From a virus: DNA of 64,000 nucleotides. The stretch lies in the IMG/VR virus record IMGVR_UViG_3300045988_147571; one strand, given 5' to 3'. The notes beneath the pieces were generated by a model. It was given only the letters and a program-made list of their open reading frames with translations, had not been told where the DNA came from and searched no databases. Both the position numbers and the translations under genes were made by a program. The first letter of the stretch is position 1, and each line of letters starts with the position of its first letter. Positions 35,826-44,761 of the stretch are shown piece after piece.

Positions 35826-36377
35826 TTACTCCACCTCTTTCAACTTCTCCACTGCAAGCTTCAATGACTCTACAAATTCATCATTCAACGCTGTACGGTC
35901 TGGATTTTCGATAAATTTTTCAATATCTTCAATTGCTTTTTCTTCAGGTGTAGAAACTGTCACTTTTCCTGTTTTCACAATTTCAATAAGTTCATCAATG
36001 CCATCTTTCCAGTTGCATGTATTACACAAACTACAGTTACACTTAGTGTTCGTGTAGTGCAATACGCATTCTGAACAACCTCCGTTGCAATCGCTTATAT
36101 CTGCAATACGATTAGCAAACTCTCTTGCCGTCATTTCTTTCGTCCCGAGAAGTTCTGAGGCTTCGTAGAAAGCATCACACTCTACTCCGATACGTACGCT
36201 GTGCACCACATCTTTGTTATTACAAAATTTTAAAATATCTGGAAAATGTTGTCCTGGCAATGGCTTACAATTGCCTTTCGAATACCAATGAAATCCCTGT
36301 TTCTCAGCTTCTTTGAGAAGCATTTCATTTTCTTCTTCTGTCTTAACCAAGATACATGTATTTCTTAAATCAACCAT
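35826..36377 (-). CDS. hypothetical protein; N-terminal domain paralogous to 37737-38012 and 37975-38283
   Basis: Start MVDLRNTCILVKTEEENEMLLKEAEKQGFHW at 36377 follows AAAGGAGGAAAC. The C-terminal part is Cys-rich. Confidence 0.6.
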   Translation of the reverse strand: MVDLRNTCILVKTEEENEMLLKEAEKQGFHWYSKGNCKPLPGQHFPDILKFCNNKDVVHSVRIGVECDAFYEASELLGTKEMTAREFANRIADISDCNGGCSECVLHYTNTKCNCSLCNTCNWKDGIDELIEIVKTGKVTVSTPEEKAIEDIEKFIENPDRTALNDEFVESLKLAVEKLKEVE

Positions 36378-36621
36378 CTGCGTTTCCTCCTTTAATTTTG
36401 CTAATACAAGTGTTCCAACCTCGAATCCATGCAAGACTAAGTTTACTTCTCCAATATTCCTCTTCTTTCTCCTCCAGCAATGGCTTCAATGGACACCAAT
36501 TAGGGATTACATCATTGTTCGGAACTCTCCTATCATTCATTGCTCTGCACCAAAATCCGCTTATAAATTTACATTTTCCGCAATTCTCTGGTGTGTCAAT
36601 CACTAATACTGATTTACTCAT
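36370..36621 (-). CDS. Cys-rich small protein (CxxC...PxWCPL family)
   Basis: PENCGKCKFISGFWCRAMNDRRVPNNDVIPNWCPL. Paralogous pattern to 9242-9541. Confidence 0.55.
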   Translation of the reverse strand: MSKSVLVIDTPENCGKCKFISGFWCRAMNDRRVPNNDVIPNWCPLKPLLEEKEEEYWRSKLSLAWIRGWNTCISKIKGGNADG

Positions 36622-36863
36622 TCAACTCCACCACATTTCACGATTTCAATAACCGTCTGATATAGCGCAGCATTTCTTCCAACCAGTTTTGTTATGTATG
36701 TATCCAACTGCTCCACAACTGCTTCCACATCATAGGCGGTCGGCTGCGCATCAATCATTTTAAACGCACTTTCTGCCGTAATTAAACTGTCTTTTCCTCC
36801 AACTTGCTTGTAAAATAACTCTTCATTCATTGCATCCGCATCAATCAGTCTCATATTCCTCAC
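36618..36863 (-). CDS. hypothetical protein
   Basis: 81-aa ORF (MRLIDADA...QPTAYDV pattern common in small phage proteins, from memory). Confidence 0.5.
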   Translation of the reverse strand: MRNMRLIDADAMNEELFYKQVGGKDSLITAESAFKMIDAQPTAYDVEAVVEQLDTYITKLVGRNAALYQTVIEIVKCGGVE

Positions 36864-37323
36864 ACTCCAGTTTTTTCAAATCCTCAATTAACCAGGGTTC
36901 TTCATCTTCCCATTTGATAAAGTCAAACATATTACCATACATATTGCTTGATACATAATAATAACGATCATTATCCTCATCATCAGGTATCCAATAATTA
37001 TCCATAGAATTACGTTTTGGCTTATTATAATAAATACAAAGGTTATCATTGAAGTCTCTTGCAATATATTTAAAATTAGGTAAAATGGCATCAAGGAAGT
37101 TCTTTTCTCTTGATGTAATTGTAGGTTTCTCTATGTATTCTGATTCTGACCATTCATATCGTTTAGTTCTACAACTTTTTTCACCAGTAGAATCATTAAA
37201 TTTACACATATCACATTTAAAACGATCACAAAAAGTAATTTCACTTGACTTTGTAACTGAAAATGAATCTCCTTTGCAAGCAATATCTATAATTTCTTTG
37301 GCAAATTTCTCTCTATTTTTCAT
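36841..37323 (-). CDS. hypothetical protein
   Basis: 160-aa ORF on the coding strand. Confidence 0.55.
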   Translation of the reverse strand: MKNREKFAKEIIDIACKGDSFSVTKSSEITFCDRFKCDMCKFNDSTGEKSCRTKRYEWSESEYIEKPTITSREKNFLDAILPNFKYIARDFNDNLCIYYNKPKRNSMDNYWIPDDEDNDRYYYVSSNMYGNMFDFIKWEDEEPWLIEDLKKLECEEYETD

Positions 37324-37332
37324 AAAATCACC

Positions 37333-37743
37333 TCAATAAATCTCTTTAACAGCTCCCCAAAACATAATTGAATTATCAATATCAATGCCCCATTGCTCCT
37401 CATGCGAAGAGCATGTACTTTCATACTCATACTGTGGAAAACCAACTGTAACATCTTCTGTTTCAATAACTTTTCCTACTGATGTAGGTTCTTTGTCTTC
37501 CTGATGGTAGTAAACTATTCCAGTAAGAAACTCTATTACCATCTCTTTATACTTTGGATCACACCAAACATATACCTTATTTCCTGAGTCATTTTCTATT
37601 CTCCAGATAATGTCTTTATATTCTCTTGCGTTGTTACACAGTCTAAGCCATGCCATTGCATAACTTTCTGTTGTAGGTGCTGTAAAATCAGCAGTAATCA
37701 TTACCGCCTTTTTCCGCTCAATAGATAATTTCTCTTTTAACAT
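37333..37743 (-). CDS. hypothetical protein
   Basis: ORF 37333-37803. The start at 37743 follows AAAGAGGAA and overlaps the upstream stop. Confidence 0.5.
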   Translation of the reverse strand: MLKEKLSIERKKAVMITADFTAPTTESYAMAWLRLCNNAREYKDIIWRIENDSGNKVYVWCDPKYKEMVIEFLTGIVYYHQEDKEPTSVGKVIETEDVTVGFPQYEYESTCSSHEEQWGIDIDNSIMFWGAVKEIY

Positions 37744-38012
37744 AATTGTTCCTCTTTTCTTTTCAGTATTAAATTTCCTAACGTGCTCACTATATCCTTG
37801 CATTGATAATCACGATTATAGAAATCAGCGGAAGAATTATAACGTACTTCATAGTGTTCATCAAAACGTAATCTTGTTGGAAAGTCACAAAGTATATTGG
37901 TTAATTTAATTCCGGTTGCCCATGTGAAACCTTGATTTTGAGCTTCTTTGATTAACGCTATATATTCTGCTTTATTATTCACCAAAACAGTGCACTTTTT
38001 TAAATTTATCAT
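37737..38012 (-). CDS. DLR...QGF(T/H)W paralog family protein
   Basis: MINLKKCTVLVNNKAEYIALIKEAQNQGFTWATG...FPTRLRF. Confidence 0.65.
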   Translation of the reverse strand: MINLKKCTVLVNNKAEYIALIKEAQNQGFTWATGIKLTNILCDFPTRLRFDEHYEVRYNSSADFYNRDYQCKDIVSTLGNLILKRKEEQLC

Positions 38013-38283
38013 TAGCCATTTCCTTTCTAATCATTATGAGCCTTCGCACTCCTTCAATTAAAACCATGCATTCAGGATAATCTCGTGCACGTCTTCCACG
38101 ACTAGAACCATAATATGTATAATAATTTTTTCTAAATTCTAGCCTCGTTGGAAACCTGCAGAAAACTTTATTTAAAGAATCCCCAGATGCCCATGTAAAT
38201 CCTTGCTTCATAGCAATTTTAGTTATAGCCGAATATTCTTTTATATTGTTGACCAATACAGTAGAATCTCTAAGATCAATCAT
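37975..38283 (-). CDS. DLR...QGF(T/H)W paralog family protein
   Basis: MIDLRDSTVLVNNIKEYSAITKIAMKQGFTWASG...FPTRLEF. Ends ...RRLIMIRKE. Confidence 0.65.
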   Translation of the reverse strand: MIDLRDSTVLVNNIKEYSAITKIAMKQGFTWASGDSLNKVFCRFPTRLEFRKNYYTYYGSSRGRRARDYPECMVLIEGVRRLIMIRKEMANDKFKKVHCFGE

Positions 38284-38420
38284 TTCCACCCCCAACCTTT
38301 CCAGACGAGCATTTTCTTCAAGTTTTTACACTTAATGAAACTTGGAGTGTATTCCTTTGTCTGTTCGCAATAGCCGAACCATTTACCTGACACATCCTGA
38401 TGAAGTTCAAATACTTTCAT
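38280..38420 (-). CDS. 46-aa ORF (below track cutoff), translationally coupled
   Basis: MKVFELHQDVSGKWFGYCEQTKEYTPSFIKCKNLKKMLVWKGWGWK. Lies 10 nt after the AGGAGG in the tail of copy F and forms an ATGA overlap with the next gene. Confidence 0.4.
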   Translation of the reverse strand: MKVFELHQDVSGKWFGYCEQTKEYTPSFIKCKNLKKMLVWKGWGWK

Positions 38421-38424
38421 TATA

Positions 38425-38697
38425 TTACTGCCTCCTTGCTATTATTAAATGTTCTAAACTGTTTGCCGGAAGTAGCATTGCATTGTTAAAATACCAAGTT
38501 ATTTCTTCATCATCTATTAATAGATGATATTCATCTAATTCAGGATCTGTAATTTTAGTTATTACACAAACTTTCCCACAAAGTTTATACATGTCTTTGC
38601 TGAACCATAATCTTTCCATTGAATTTTCATAATAGTAATACTGCTCACTATTTAAATCTTTTCTAATTACTACTCTATCTCCGACTTCGTACTTCAT
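38425..38697 (-). CDS. small tandem-paralog family protein, copy F
   Basis: MKYEVGDRVVIRKD ... MYKLCG ... WYFNNAMLLPANSLEHLIIARRQ. Confidence 0.75.
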   Translation of the reverse strand: MKYEVGDRVVIRKDLNSEQYYYYENSMERLWFSKDMYKLCGKVCVITKITDPELDEYHLLIDDEEITWYFNNAMLLPANSLEHLIIARRQ

Positions 38698-38990
38698 AAT
38701 TTTTCCTTTCTAATTTCTATAAGCTTTGCTAAACATTGAACAGGTTCTAACATTGTGTCACTAAAAACCCATTCCCTTGCTTCATCTCCCAGTGCTAGCC
38801 TATAGTTCATACAGTCAAAGTGTCGCGATGGAACCTTATCTATGATTTTATACGCATGGCCACAGAATTTTTGCATGTTAACGTTAAAAAACAAATATGC
38901 ATTATCGGCACCATTATAATAATATTTTGAGCCACCTTCCAAGCCACTTCTAACTCTCACTATATCACCTATTTTATATTTCTCTTGCAT
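38694..38990 (-). CDS. small tandem-paralog family protein, copy G
   Basis: YKIGDIVRVRSG ... MQKFCG ... WVFSDTMLEPVQCLAKLIEIRK. Confidence 0.75.
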   Translation of the reverse strand: MQEKYKIGDIVRVRSGLEGGSKYYYNGADNAYLFFNVNMQKFCGHAYKIIDKVPSRHFDCMNYRLALGDEAREWVFSDTMLEPVQCLAKLIEIRKEKL

Positions 38991-39247
38991 ATCAAACTCC
39001 TTAACCCATCAACAGGTATCAGCATTGCATCATTAAATACCCATCTATATTCCTCTTTTCCCAGAGATAATCTATAAGTTATTTGATCACAACCAATTGC
39101 TACTATTTCATACTCTCTTCCACGAAATTTTTCCATTGCCTGAGCAAAATACAACTCCTCTTCATAGAATGGATCTGAAAATGGATAACATCGTCCACCA
39201 ATTAAGTCTGTTCGGACGATTACTCTATCCCCAACTTTATATTTCAT
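38969..39247 (-). CDS. small tandem-paralog family protein, copy H
   Basis: Start MKYKVGDRVIVRTD at 39247 (after AGGAGG in the tail of copy I) ... MEKFRG ... WVFNDAMLIPVDGLRSLICKR. Confidence 0.75.
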   Translation of the reverse strand: MKYKVGDRVIVRTDLIGGRCYPFSDPFYEEELYFAQAMEKFRGREYEIVAIGCDQITYRLSLGKEEYRWVFNDAMLIPVDGLRSLICKRNIK

Positions 39248-39473
39248 GTTTCCTCCTCTTATCAATTAGTACAGTTAGTCCTTTGTAAGGAATGAATTCC
39301 TCTGCAGGAAACCAATAATTACTAGCTTCTTCCAGTTCATAAGCTTTTCTTCCAGAAGTTAGTTTTATAATTGATTTTATAGTACATATATTTCCTAATA
39401 GATAATTTATATCTACGCCCCATAGAATACGAGATATATTAGATCTGAGAATCACTTTATCCCCTTTTTCCAT
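39237..39473 (-). CDS. small tandem-paralog family protein, copy I
   Basis: MEKGDKVILRSN ... YWFPAEEFIPYKGLTVLIDKRRK. Confidence 0.7.
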   Translation of the reverse strand: MEKGDKVILRSNISRILWGVDINYLLGNICTIKSIIKLTSGRKAYELEEASNYWFPAEEFIPYKGLTVLIDKRRKHEI

Positions 39474-39705
39474 ACTGTCTCCTTTTGTGAATTGCTAAAA
39501 ATAAAGTACCTTCTGCAGGAATAAATATGCTACAAGGGAAAACATATATTTCTTCCTCTACATAACAATAAGATGTGCTATCATCATCACCTATACGTTT
39601 TATAGTCATAATTTTACCTTTAATTTGTTCCATAGGGATTCCCCATATGAAGTCATATGACCTAAGTAGAATAGGATCAACTATTACTTTATCTCCAACT
39701 TTCAT
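39457..39705 (-). CDS. small tandem-paralog family protein, copy J
   Basis: Start MKVGDKVIVDP at 39705 ... VFPCSIFIPAEGTLFLAIHKRRQ. Confidence 0.7.
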   Translation of the reverse strand: MKVGDKVIVDPILLRSYDFIWGIPMEQIKGKIMTIKRIGDDDSTSYCYVEEEIYVFPCSIFIPAEGTLFLAIHKRRQYGKRG

Positions 39706-39706
39706 C

Positions 39707-39862
39707 TTATTCCTCCAGTATAAAACCAAGTACTTCCGCAATGCTCATACCTGATATGTCTAATAGTTTCATTTCCTTTGAGGCATATTGCACAATGCAA
39801 ATCCCGTCCTTGATTGTGCAACTTATTATGTCTCTCTTTTTAAATAACTTACTCAATTCCAT
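39707..39862 (-). CDS. 51-aa ORF (below track cutoff)
   Basis: AAGGAG lies 5 nt upstream of the ATG. MELSKLFKKRDIISCTIKDGICIVQYASKEMKLLDISGMSIAEVLGFILEE. Its last codons (CTGGAGGAATAA) supply the SD for copy J. Confidence 0.5.
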   Translation of the reverse strand: MELSKLFKKRDIISCTIKDGICIVQYASKEMKLLDISGMSIAEVLGFILEE

Positions 39863-39923
39863 AATGGCTCCTTAAGATTCTCTTGGGGAGTCGAACCCCA
39901 AGAGAACTGTTTTATTTTATTGT

Positions 39924-40448
39924 TTACTCAGCATCTGGAAGATAGAACTTTTTGATTCTATCCTCTCCTACAGCTTCGACAGCAGCCATTGCTACCTCAT
40001 GAGAGCTGAAGTAAATACCATCTGTGATTTTTCTTCTGCTCCATGTGGAATCAACTTTCTCTGTCTCTCTGTTCCAGCAGAGTTTGTATTTTCTCTGAGA
40101 GTGATCGTCCCAGTCAATCTCTGCATTGTGATCAATAGCGAAGCGTTTCAGCTCTGCTACAATCATCAGATATTCAGCGGCTGCATCTCTCTCTTCCTCA
40201 GTCTTAAAGCAGTTGCCTACTGCAAGTCTCATCACGTCTTTCTGGTTCTCAGTTGTGAATACTCCACCATCTTTCTTGCCTGTACCCCACAGGTAGAAAT
40301 ACTGCTCACCCTCTGTTGGCTCCCAATGTTTCTGTGCTGTCTCTGGTGCATCAACCATTCCCTGAAGTGCTCCGATGAGTTCTTTAAGCTCGTCCTGTCC
40401 AAGTGCTGCCATAATGTTTGTAATAATAGTTGTGTTCATCATAATCAT
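39924..40448 (-). CDS. hypothetical protein
   Basis: 174-aa ORF, visibly less AT-rich than its neighbours. Confidence 0.6.
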   Translation of the reverse strand: MIMMNTTIITNIMAALGQDELKELIGALQGMVDAPETAQKHWEPTEGEQYFYLWGTGKKDGGVFTTENQKDVMRLAVGNCFKTEEERDAAAEYLMIVAELKRFAIDHNAEIDWDDHSQRKYKLCWNRETEKVDSTWSRRKITDGIYFSSHEVAMAAVEAVGEDRIKKFYLPDAE

Positions 40449-40508
40449 AATCTCCTATTCTTGTTTAAAATTTGTTTTTTTGTTTGTTTCAATCTTTACC
40501 CATAATCC

Positions 40509-40546
40509 ATATTCAGTTGTAATTTTTCTATATTCAGTTGTAATTT
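40509..40546. repeat. two perfect 17-bp direct repeats ATATTCAGTTGTAATTT, 21-bp period
   Basis: Copies at 40509-40525 and 40530-40546, between a terminator-like hairpin and the start of gene 39924-40448. Confidence 0.85.
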
Positions 40547-40550
40547 ATAT

Positions 40551-40575
40551 GAAAACCTCTTAGTGGGCTAGAGGT
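40551..40575 (-). terminator. terminator-like hairpin after the peptidase gene
   Basis: rc: ACCTCT agcccacta AGAGGT followed by TTTTCATATAAATT. Confidence 0.45.
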
Positions 40576-40607
40576 CAATCATATACTTTGGCATAAACAT
40601 TCCTCCC

Positions 40608-41588
40608 TTACTGTGTTCTTATATCAATAATGTCACAAGCAGAATAGTACTGGTAGTGACTTAATAACATACCAATTGCTTCCATTTCATTTACTGCAAG
40701 GATTTCACAACAGATTTCATCTCCATTGGTCTGAAGATAAATATGGAAGAATTTCTTTGCTTTTTCCTCTTTCGAGAAGATATAAGTACAATCATCTGTA
40801 TAAGCTGTTATGTAATCAGTGCTAATAGGTGATGCTTCTTCATCATCATAATCTCTCCACCAATTTCCATATCTACCGTACCCACCATAAGCAGCTTCAA
40901 TATACTCAAAAGGTTCTTCACATGGCAAAGCAAGGATCTTTTTCGCTTCTTCAATTGTAGAAAGCAATGCTTCTACATTGATTGTTTCTCCTAAGGTGTG
41001 CTCATTGAAATATCCAGAAGATAAATTAACTGCTGCTACTCTAAGTGCCGGAGCAATTGTTGAAATATCTGAAAGAGAACCCCATTGCGTTTTAAAGTAA
41101 CCAGTAGATTCAATAAACTCTTTAAAATCTGGATTATCACAAGAGTAGAACACACAATCGTTTGTTCCTCTCCTATCAATTTCTATGATGTAATTTATAT
41201 CATTGTTTACTATGTAGTCACTTACAGCAAACTTCTCAGCTCCTACGCATCCAATTTCTTCGTCCTCTGTAAATAATACAGAACACTTGAAATCTTTAAT
41301 AATCTGTAAGATAGCGTAGATGCCACACCGGTCGTCTCCCCCAATCCCTTGAGGAGAAGACATGATTGCTCCAGTATACTTAATTTTCTGGACACATTCT
41401 TTATGTACTGTATCCATATGAGCTACTAAAAGTACTGGGAAAGTTCCCTTGGCATAGAGGAATCCATCTTCTGATTTAGGTTCATAACCAGCTGCTTCCA
41501 ACTTATCTTCCAGATGTCTCTTAAGAGTCATCTGTTTCATTCTTAAAATTTCTTCAAATTCTGTGATTTTATATTTGTTTTTACTCAT
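40608..41588 (-). CDS. Zn-dependent peptidase (M20/M28/M42 superfamily)
   Basis: VLLVAHMDTVH, GGDDRCG and FTEDEEIGCVGA are the metal-ligand motifs of this clan. Confidence 0.7.
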   Translation of the reverse strand: MSKNKYKITEFEEILRMKQMTLKRHLEDKLEAAGYEPKSEDGFLYAKGTFPVLLVAHMDTVHKECVQKIKYTGAIMSSPQGIGGDDRCGIYAILQIIKDFKCSVLFTEDEEIGCVGAEKFAVSDYIVNNDINYIIEIDRRGTNDCVFYSCDNPDFKEFIESTGYFKTQWGSLSDISTIAPALRVAAVNLSSGYFNEHTLGETINVEALLSTIEEAKKILALPCEEPFEYIEAAYGGYGRYGNWWRDYDDEEASPISTDYITAYTDDCTYIFSKEEKAKKFFHIYLQTNGDEICCEILAVNEMEAIGMLLSHYQYYSACDIIDIRTQ

Positions 41589-43116
41589 CGCTGGCCTCCT
41601 CTTCTACACAATCTGGACAAAGCAGCCCTTTGTCACCTTCTTTAATTACATAGTATTTTCCACAGTGGATGCATTCTTTAACTTTTCTATCGGGGAAAAA
41701 ATCATCCTCACTTTCAATATATGTATATTTCTCTTCTAAGCAATGACTACATACTTCCTCATCTGTTGATGCTACATAAGTAATATCATCATTGTTTCGA
41801 AGTCTTCCACAACAATCACATTCTGTGAAATCTTCTTCCCTGCAACTATTACAGATATCCATATCTAACTCTCTGTAATACTGAATTTCTGAATTAGGAA
41901 CTCTTTCATTGCAGCAGTCACAATAAGTAGAACAGTCACAGCAATACCAGTTTCCGTTGATACAATACATCTCATCTTCGTCATAGCGATCACCGCAATC
42001 ACAACATCTATGAGATCCACTATCACCATAGTTATCATAACAATCCTCACAAAGAAGAGTGCTTTCCATGGTGTGATAATCTCCACACTTTACACAGTAG
42101 ATGTCATGTCCTACTGTCATACGTCTATCATCAACTCTTCCCTTGGGAATCATCTTGACGATTTTACTGACTGAGCATTCGCTCTGGCAGCTATAGTCTC
42201 TGTAATGAGTACCTTCAGAATTGATGACTGAACAACATGCAGATATACCACCTTTCTTTTTCCAAAGATTAGGAGCAACCAAACAGTCAGCAATAATCTT
42301 CTGAATCTGTGCTCTGATTGGAGTATATAGTGAATTTTTTCCATCGTTACACTGAGGATATAACCTTCCTTGTACAAGGATTCCATCCTTATAATGAAAC
42401 AACTGACGGATGATTTTAGGTTCGAACTCTAAGTCATTGCCATCATATTCTTTGTCCACCTGATAGTAAACCATTGTAGTTCCATCAAGTAAGTAACTCA
42501 TAGTTCCAGAACAGTGGCAACCAGAGTACCCATTAGGGTTATTCTTATCCAATGTATGACAGGATGACCAGCTATTTCCATTAGAGGACAACAGATAATC
42601 AACCGGATTAACTGACAAAATAGTATGTCTAATCTGATCCAGTGGATTAATTGCATCTGAGTATTTTGCATACGCTCTCTCAAAGTTACTATAATTTTCA
42701 GGTGTAATACTTACCAAATTACAGATTTTCTTTACTGCTCTTGAAGTTTTCTGTCCTTCAGCAATTCCTTTAATATCAGGATAAGATTCCTTAATGCAAT
42801 CAGCCATTTCCTTTGTAAGAAGCTGTTCTTTATATCTTCTTAACTTATCAAGAGCACATGTAGTATAAGTTCTATCTATAACCCATTCAATAAAGTTATA
42901 GATTTTATCTTCATCAGGCTGTCCCTTGATATTCTGGTCAAATGCTACATAACACTTGTCCTCATTCCAATTCGGATGATGTTTTAACACCTCCATCAGA
43001 GGTGCCTTGTTGTCTGCCCAGATATTGATAATTTTATCAATGGCTGAATCTCCCCAAGGAATGCTATATGTATCAAGAACTTTAATCATACCCTGTTTCA
43101 TTGTTTCTTTATTCAT
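41581..43116 (-). CDS. hypothetical protein with C-terminal array of CxxC zinc-ribbon repeats
   Basis: 511 aa. The last ~170 aa contain at least 8 CxxC pairs (CVKCGDYH, CEDC, CCDCGD, CCDC, CDCC, CNSC, CDCCG, CSHC, CIHCG, CPDC). Confidence 0.65.
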   Translation of the reverse strand: MNKETMKQGMIKVLDTYSIPWGDSAIDKIINIWADNKAPLMEVLKHHPNWNEDKCYVAFDQNIKGQPDEDKIYNFIEWVIDRTYTTCALDKLRRYKEQLLTKEMADCIKESYPDIKGIAEGQKTSRAVKKICNLVSITPENYSNFERAYAKYSDAINPLDQIRHTILSVNPVDYLLSSNGNSWSSCHTLDKNNPNGYSGCHCSGTMSYLLDGTTMVYYQVDKEYDGNDLEFEPKIIRQLFHYKDGILVQGRLYPQCNDGKNSLYTPIRAQIQKIIADCLVAPNLWKKKGGISACCSVINSEGTHYRDYSCQSECSVSKIVKMIPKGRVDDRRMTVGHDIYCVKCGDYHTMESTLLCEDCYDNYGDSGSHRCCDCGDRYDEDEMYCINGNWYCCDCSTYCDCCNERVPNSEIQYYRELDMDICNSCREEDFTECDCCGRLRNNDDITYVASTDEEVCSHCLEEKYTYIESEDDFFPDRKVKECIHCGKYYVIKEGDKGLLCPDCVEEEASDE

Positions 43117-43772
43117 GCTACAAATCCTCCTAAAATCTGTTCGTACAGCTCCTGTGGAATCTGTTCTTTTCCAAGAAGCTCTTCGCTGAGTTCCTTTGCT
43201 TTAGCCACTGCTGCAGTGCCCTTATCTTTGATTCTGTCATAAAAGACCTCAATTATGTTCATGACTTTAGAAACCGCTTCGTATTCTGTGTAGAGCTCTT
43301 TGTCGTCTGACTGGATCTGCTCGAACACTTCCTGTACTCCATAGGTTACGAAGCATTCTGGACAATAATCATTGACTAAAGGTCCGGAAATAATCTTTCC
43401 GCAGTGCTTACAGATGGAGAGTTTATAATCTCTCTCATCCAAATCTTTATAGTCACCGTTTTCAAACTTGAATACCTCATACTGGTCAAAGATATAAGCT
43501 GCTTCGTATTCCTTGGCGAGCTCCTCAAACTGAATCAGAACCTCTACAGAATCCTCTTTTTCTTGCGTAAACTTTTTTATTTTCTTGTTTAGAGGTTTCA
43601 TTTTAAACTTGCTGTCCTCAATGTAGAGAAACTTTGAGTCAAAGTTTTCTGTGATATCTTCTCCTAAGACATAATTCTTGAAGAGGAATCCAAGGACAAT
43701 ATCAATGTCCTTGGATTCTACCTCTGATGAGGTAATTTTATTATCTTTATAAAAACTAATAAGTGTTGCCAT
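43113..43772 (-). CDS. hypothetical protein with one zinc ribbon
   Basis: 219 aa. CKHCGKIISGPLVNDYCPEC. Confidence 0.6.
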   Translation of the reverse strand: MATLISFYKDNKITSSEVESKDIDIVLGFLFKNYVLGEDITENFDSKFLYIEDSKFKMKPLNKKIKKFTQEKEDSVEVLIQFEELAKEYEAAYIFDQYEVFKFENGDYKDLDERDYKLSICKHCGKIISGPLVNDYCPECFVTYGVQEVFEQIQSDDKELYTEYEAVSKVMNIIEVFYDRIKDKGTAAVAKAKELSEELLGKEQIPQELYEQILGGFVA

Positions 43773-43802
43773 TTGTTCTTCTCCTTTCTTAACTGTAACT
43801 GC

Positions 43803-43851
43803 ATTATAAACCAGTTTGTAAAACTTGTCAATACTTTTTACAAACTGGTTT
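43803..43851 (-). promoter_or_regulatory. consensus promoter whose -35 is bracketed by a perfect 16-bp inverted repeat
   Basis: rc: AAACCAGTTTGTAAAA agta TTGACA (43826-43831) ag TTTTACAAACTGGTT (17-nt spacer) TATAAT (43803-43808). IR arms at 43808-43823 and 43836-43851. Confidence 0.75.
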
Positions 43852-44692
43852 AAGAAATTTTCTTTCCTCTTTCATTGAACTGTTTTGGCTCACCGAGAGA
43901 TACGAGATAGTCCTGCATATAGAGAGCTAAACTCAATCCAACTCTTTTTGGATAAGCAGCTATCCCTTCAGCTTTAAGCGTGCTTGGTGGAGTTTCTCTC
44001 ATAATAGGTAATACTTTTGCTAATCCAATATCTCCGTAGAAGCTATAAATTTTATACAAGCTCATAATTATCTTATCACACAATCCATCTCCTGATAAGT
44101 TATAGCCAGCTTTACAACAAGTAGATATAATACTTTCATAAGCCGTCTTACCTTTTGCTTTAATTATCTTGTAAGCGGATGAATAGCTACCAATAGTTCC
44201 TGGTTTCCTTGCTCCTTTATCCTCTGCAATGCTCAACTTATGCCTGTCAAGCACTGCCTGCAGTGCTGTAGCATTTGGCTCTCCTAAGATAAGGTTTGCC
44301 TTATGCATCTGTAAAGGCGTAACTTTTTCAGTATATAAACTCTGTCTTGTAAAGATACTTGCTTCGAAACATCTTCTCTCATCCGGATCAGATGGGGCTG
44401 AAGTAATAACAACACATTCGAGTTTATCTAAAATACCTTCTGATGCAATGAAACGACCATAACCGTCTACAATAGAAAAAGTGCACTCTTCTGGATGTGG
44501 CACCACTAATAATGCATCCATAATCATATGATCAAAATTGTCATGCATTGCTTTAATTTTTCTATGATTTCGTGTTTCCAGCCGCTGATAAGCAGGATCG
44601 ACAGACATCAGTTCCCTTGGAATTACTGCGCATGCCTTTGTACCAGAGATTAATAAGTTGCTCATAACTGTGTTGTAAACGATGTTTTCCAT
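43850..44692 (-). CDS. ParB N-terminal-domain-like protein
   Basis: 280 aa. MSVDPAYQR and FSIVDGYGRFIASE resemble ParB/Srx motifs. Confidence 0.5.
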   Translation of the reverse strand: MENIVYNTVMSNLLISGTKACAVIPRELMSVDPAYQRLETRNHRKIKAMHDNFDHMIMDALLVVPHPEECTFSIVDGYGRFIASEGILDKLECVVITSAPSDPDERRCFEASIFTRQSLYTEKVTPLQMHKANLILGEPNATALQAVLDRHKLSIAEDKGARKPGTIGSYSSAYKIIKAKGKTAYESIISTCCKAGYNLSGDGLCDKIIMSLYKIYSFYGDIGLAKVLPIMRETPPSTLKAEGIAAYPKRVGLSLALYMQDYLVSLGEPKQFNERGKKIS

Positions 44693-44719
44693 TTTGTTTT
44701 CCTCTTTTCTTTTATATAA

Positions 44720-44745
44720 TAAAAAAGAGCTGTTTTCACAGCTCT
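44720..44745 (-). terminator. rho-independent terminator
   Basis: rc: AGAGCTG tgaaaa CAGCTCT followed by TTTTTTATTAT. Lies directly after the stop of 44762-44995. Confidence 0.65.
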
Positions 44746-44761
44746 AGTTTTATTTCATTGT

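Noticed and set aside
39879-39905. TCTCTTGGGG-AGTCGAA-CCCCAAGAGA hairpin resembling a tRNA T-arm (GTTCGA-type loop)
   Set aside because: I could not build an acceptor stem, D-arm or anticodon arm around it. It is more likely a terminator-like hairpin or a tRNA remnant after gene 39924-40448.
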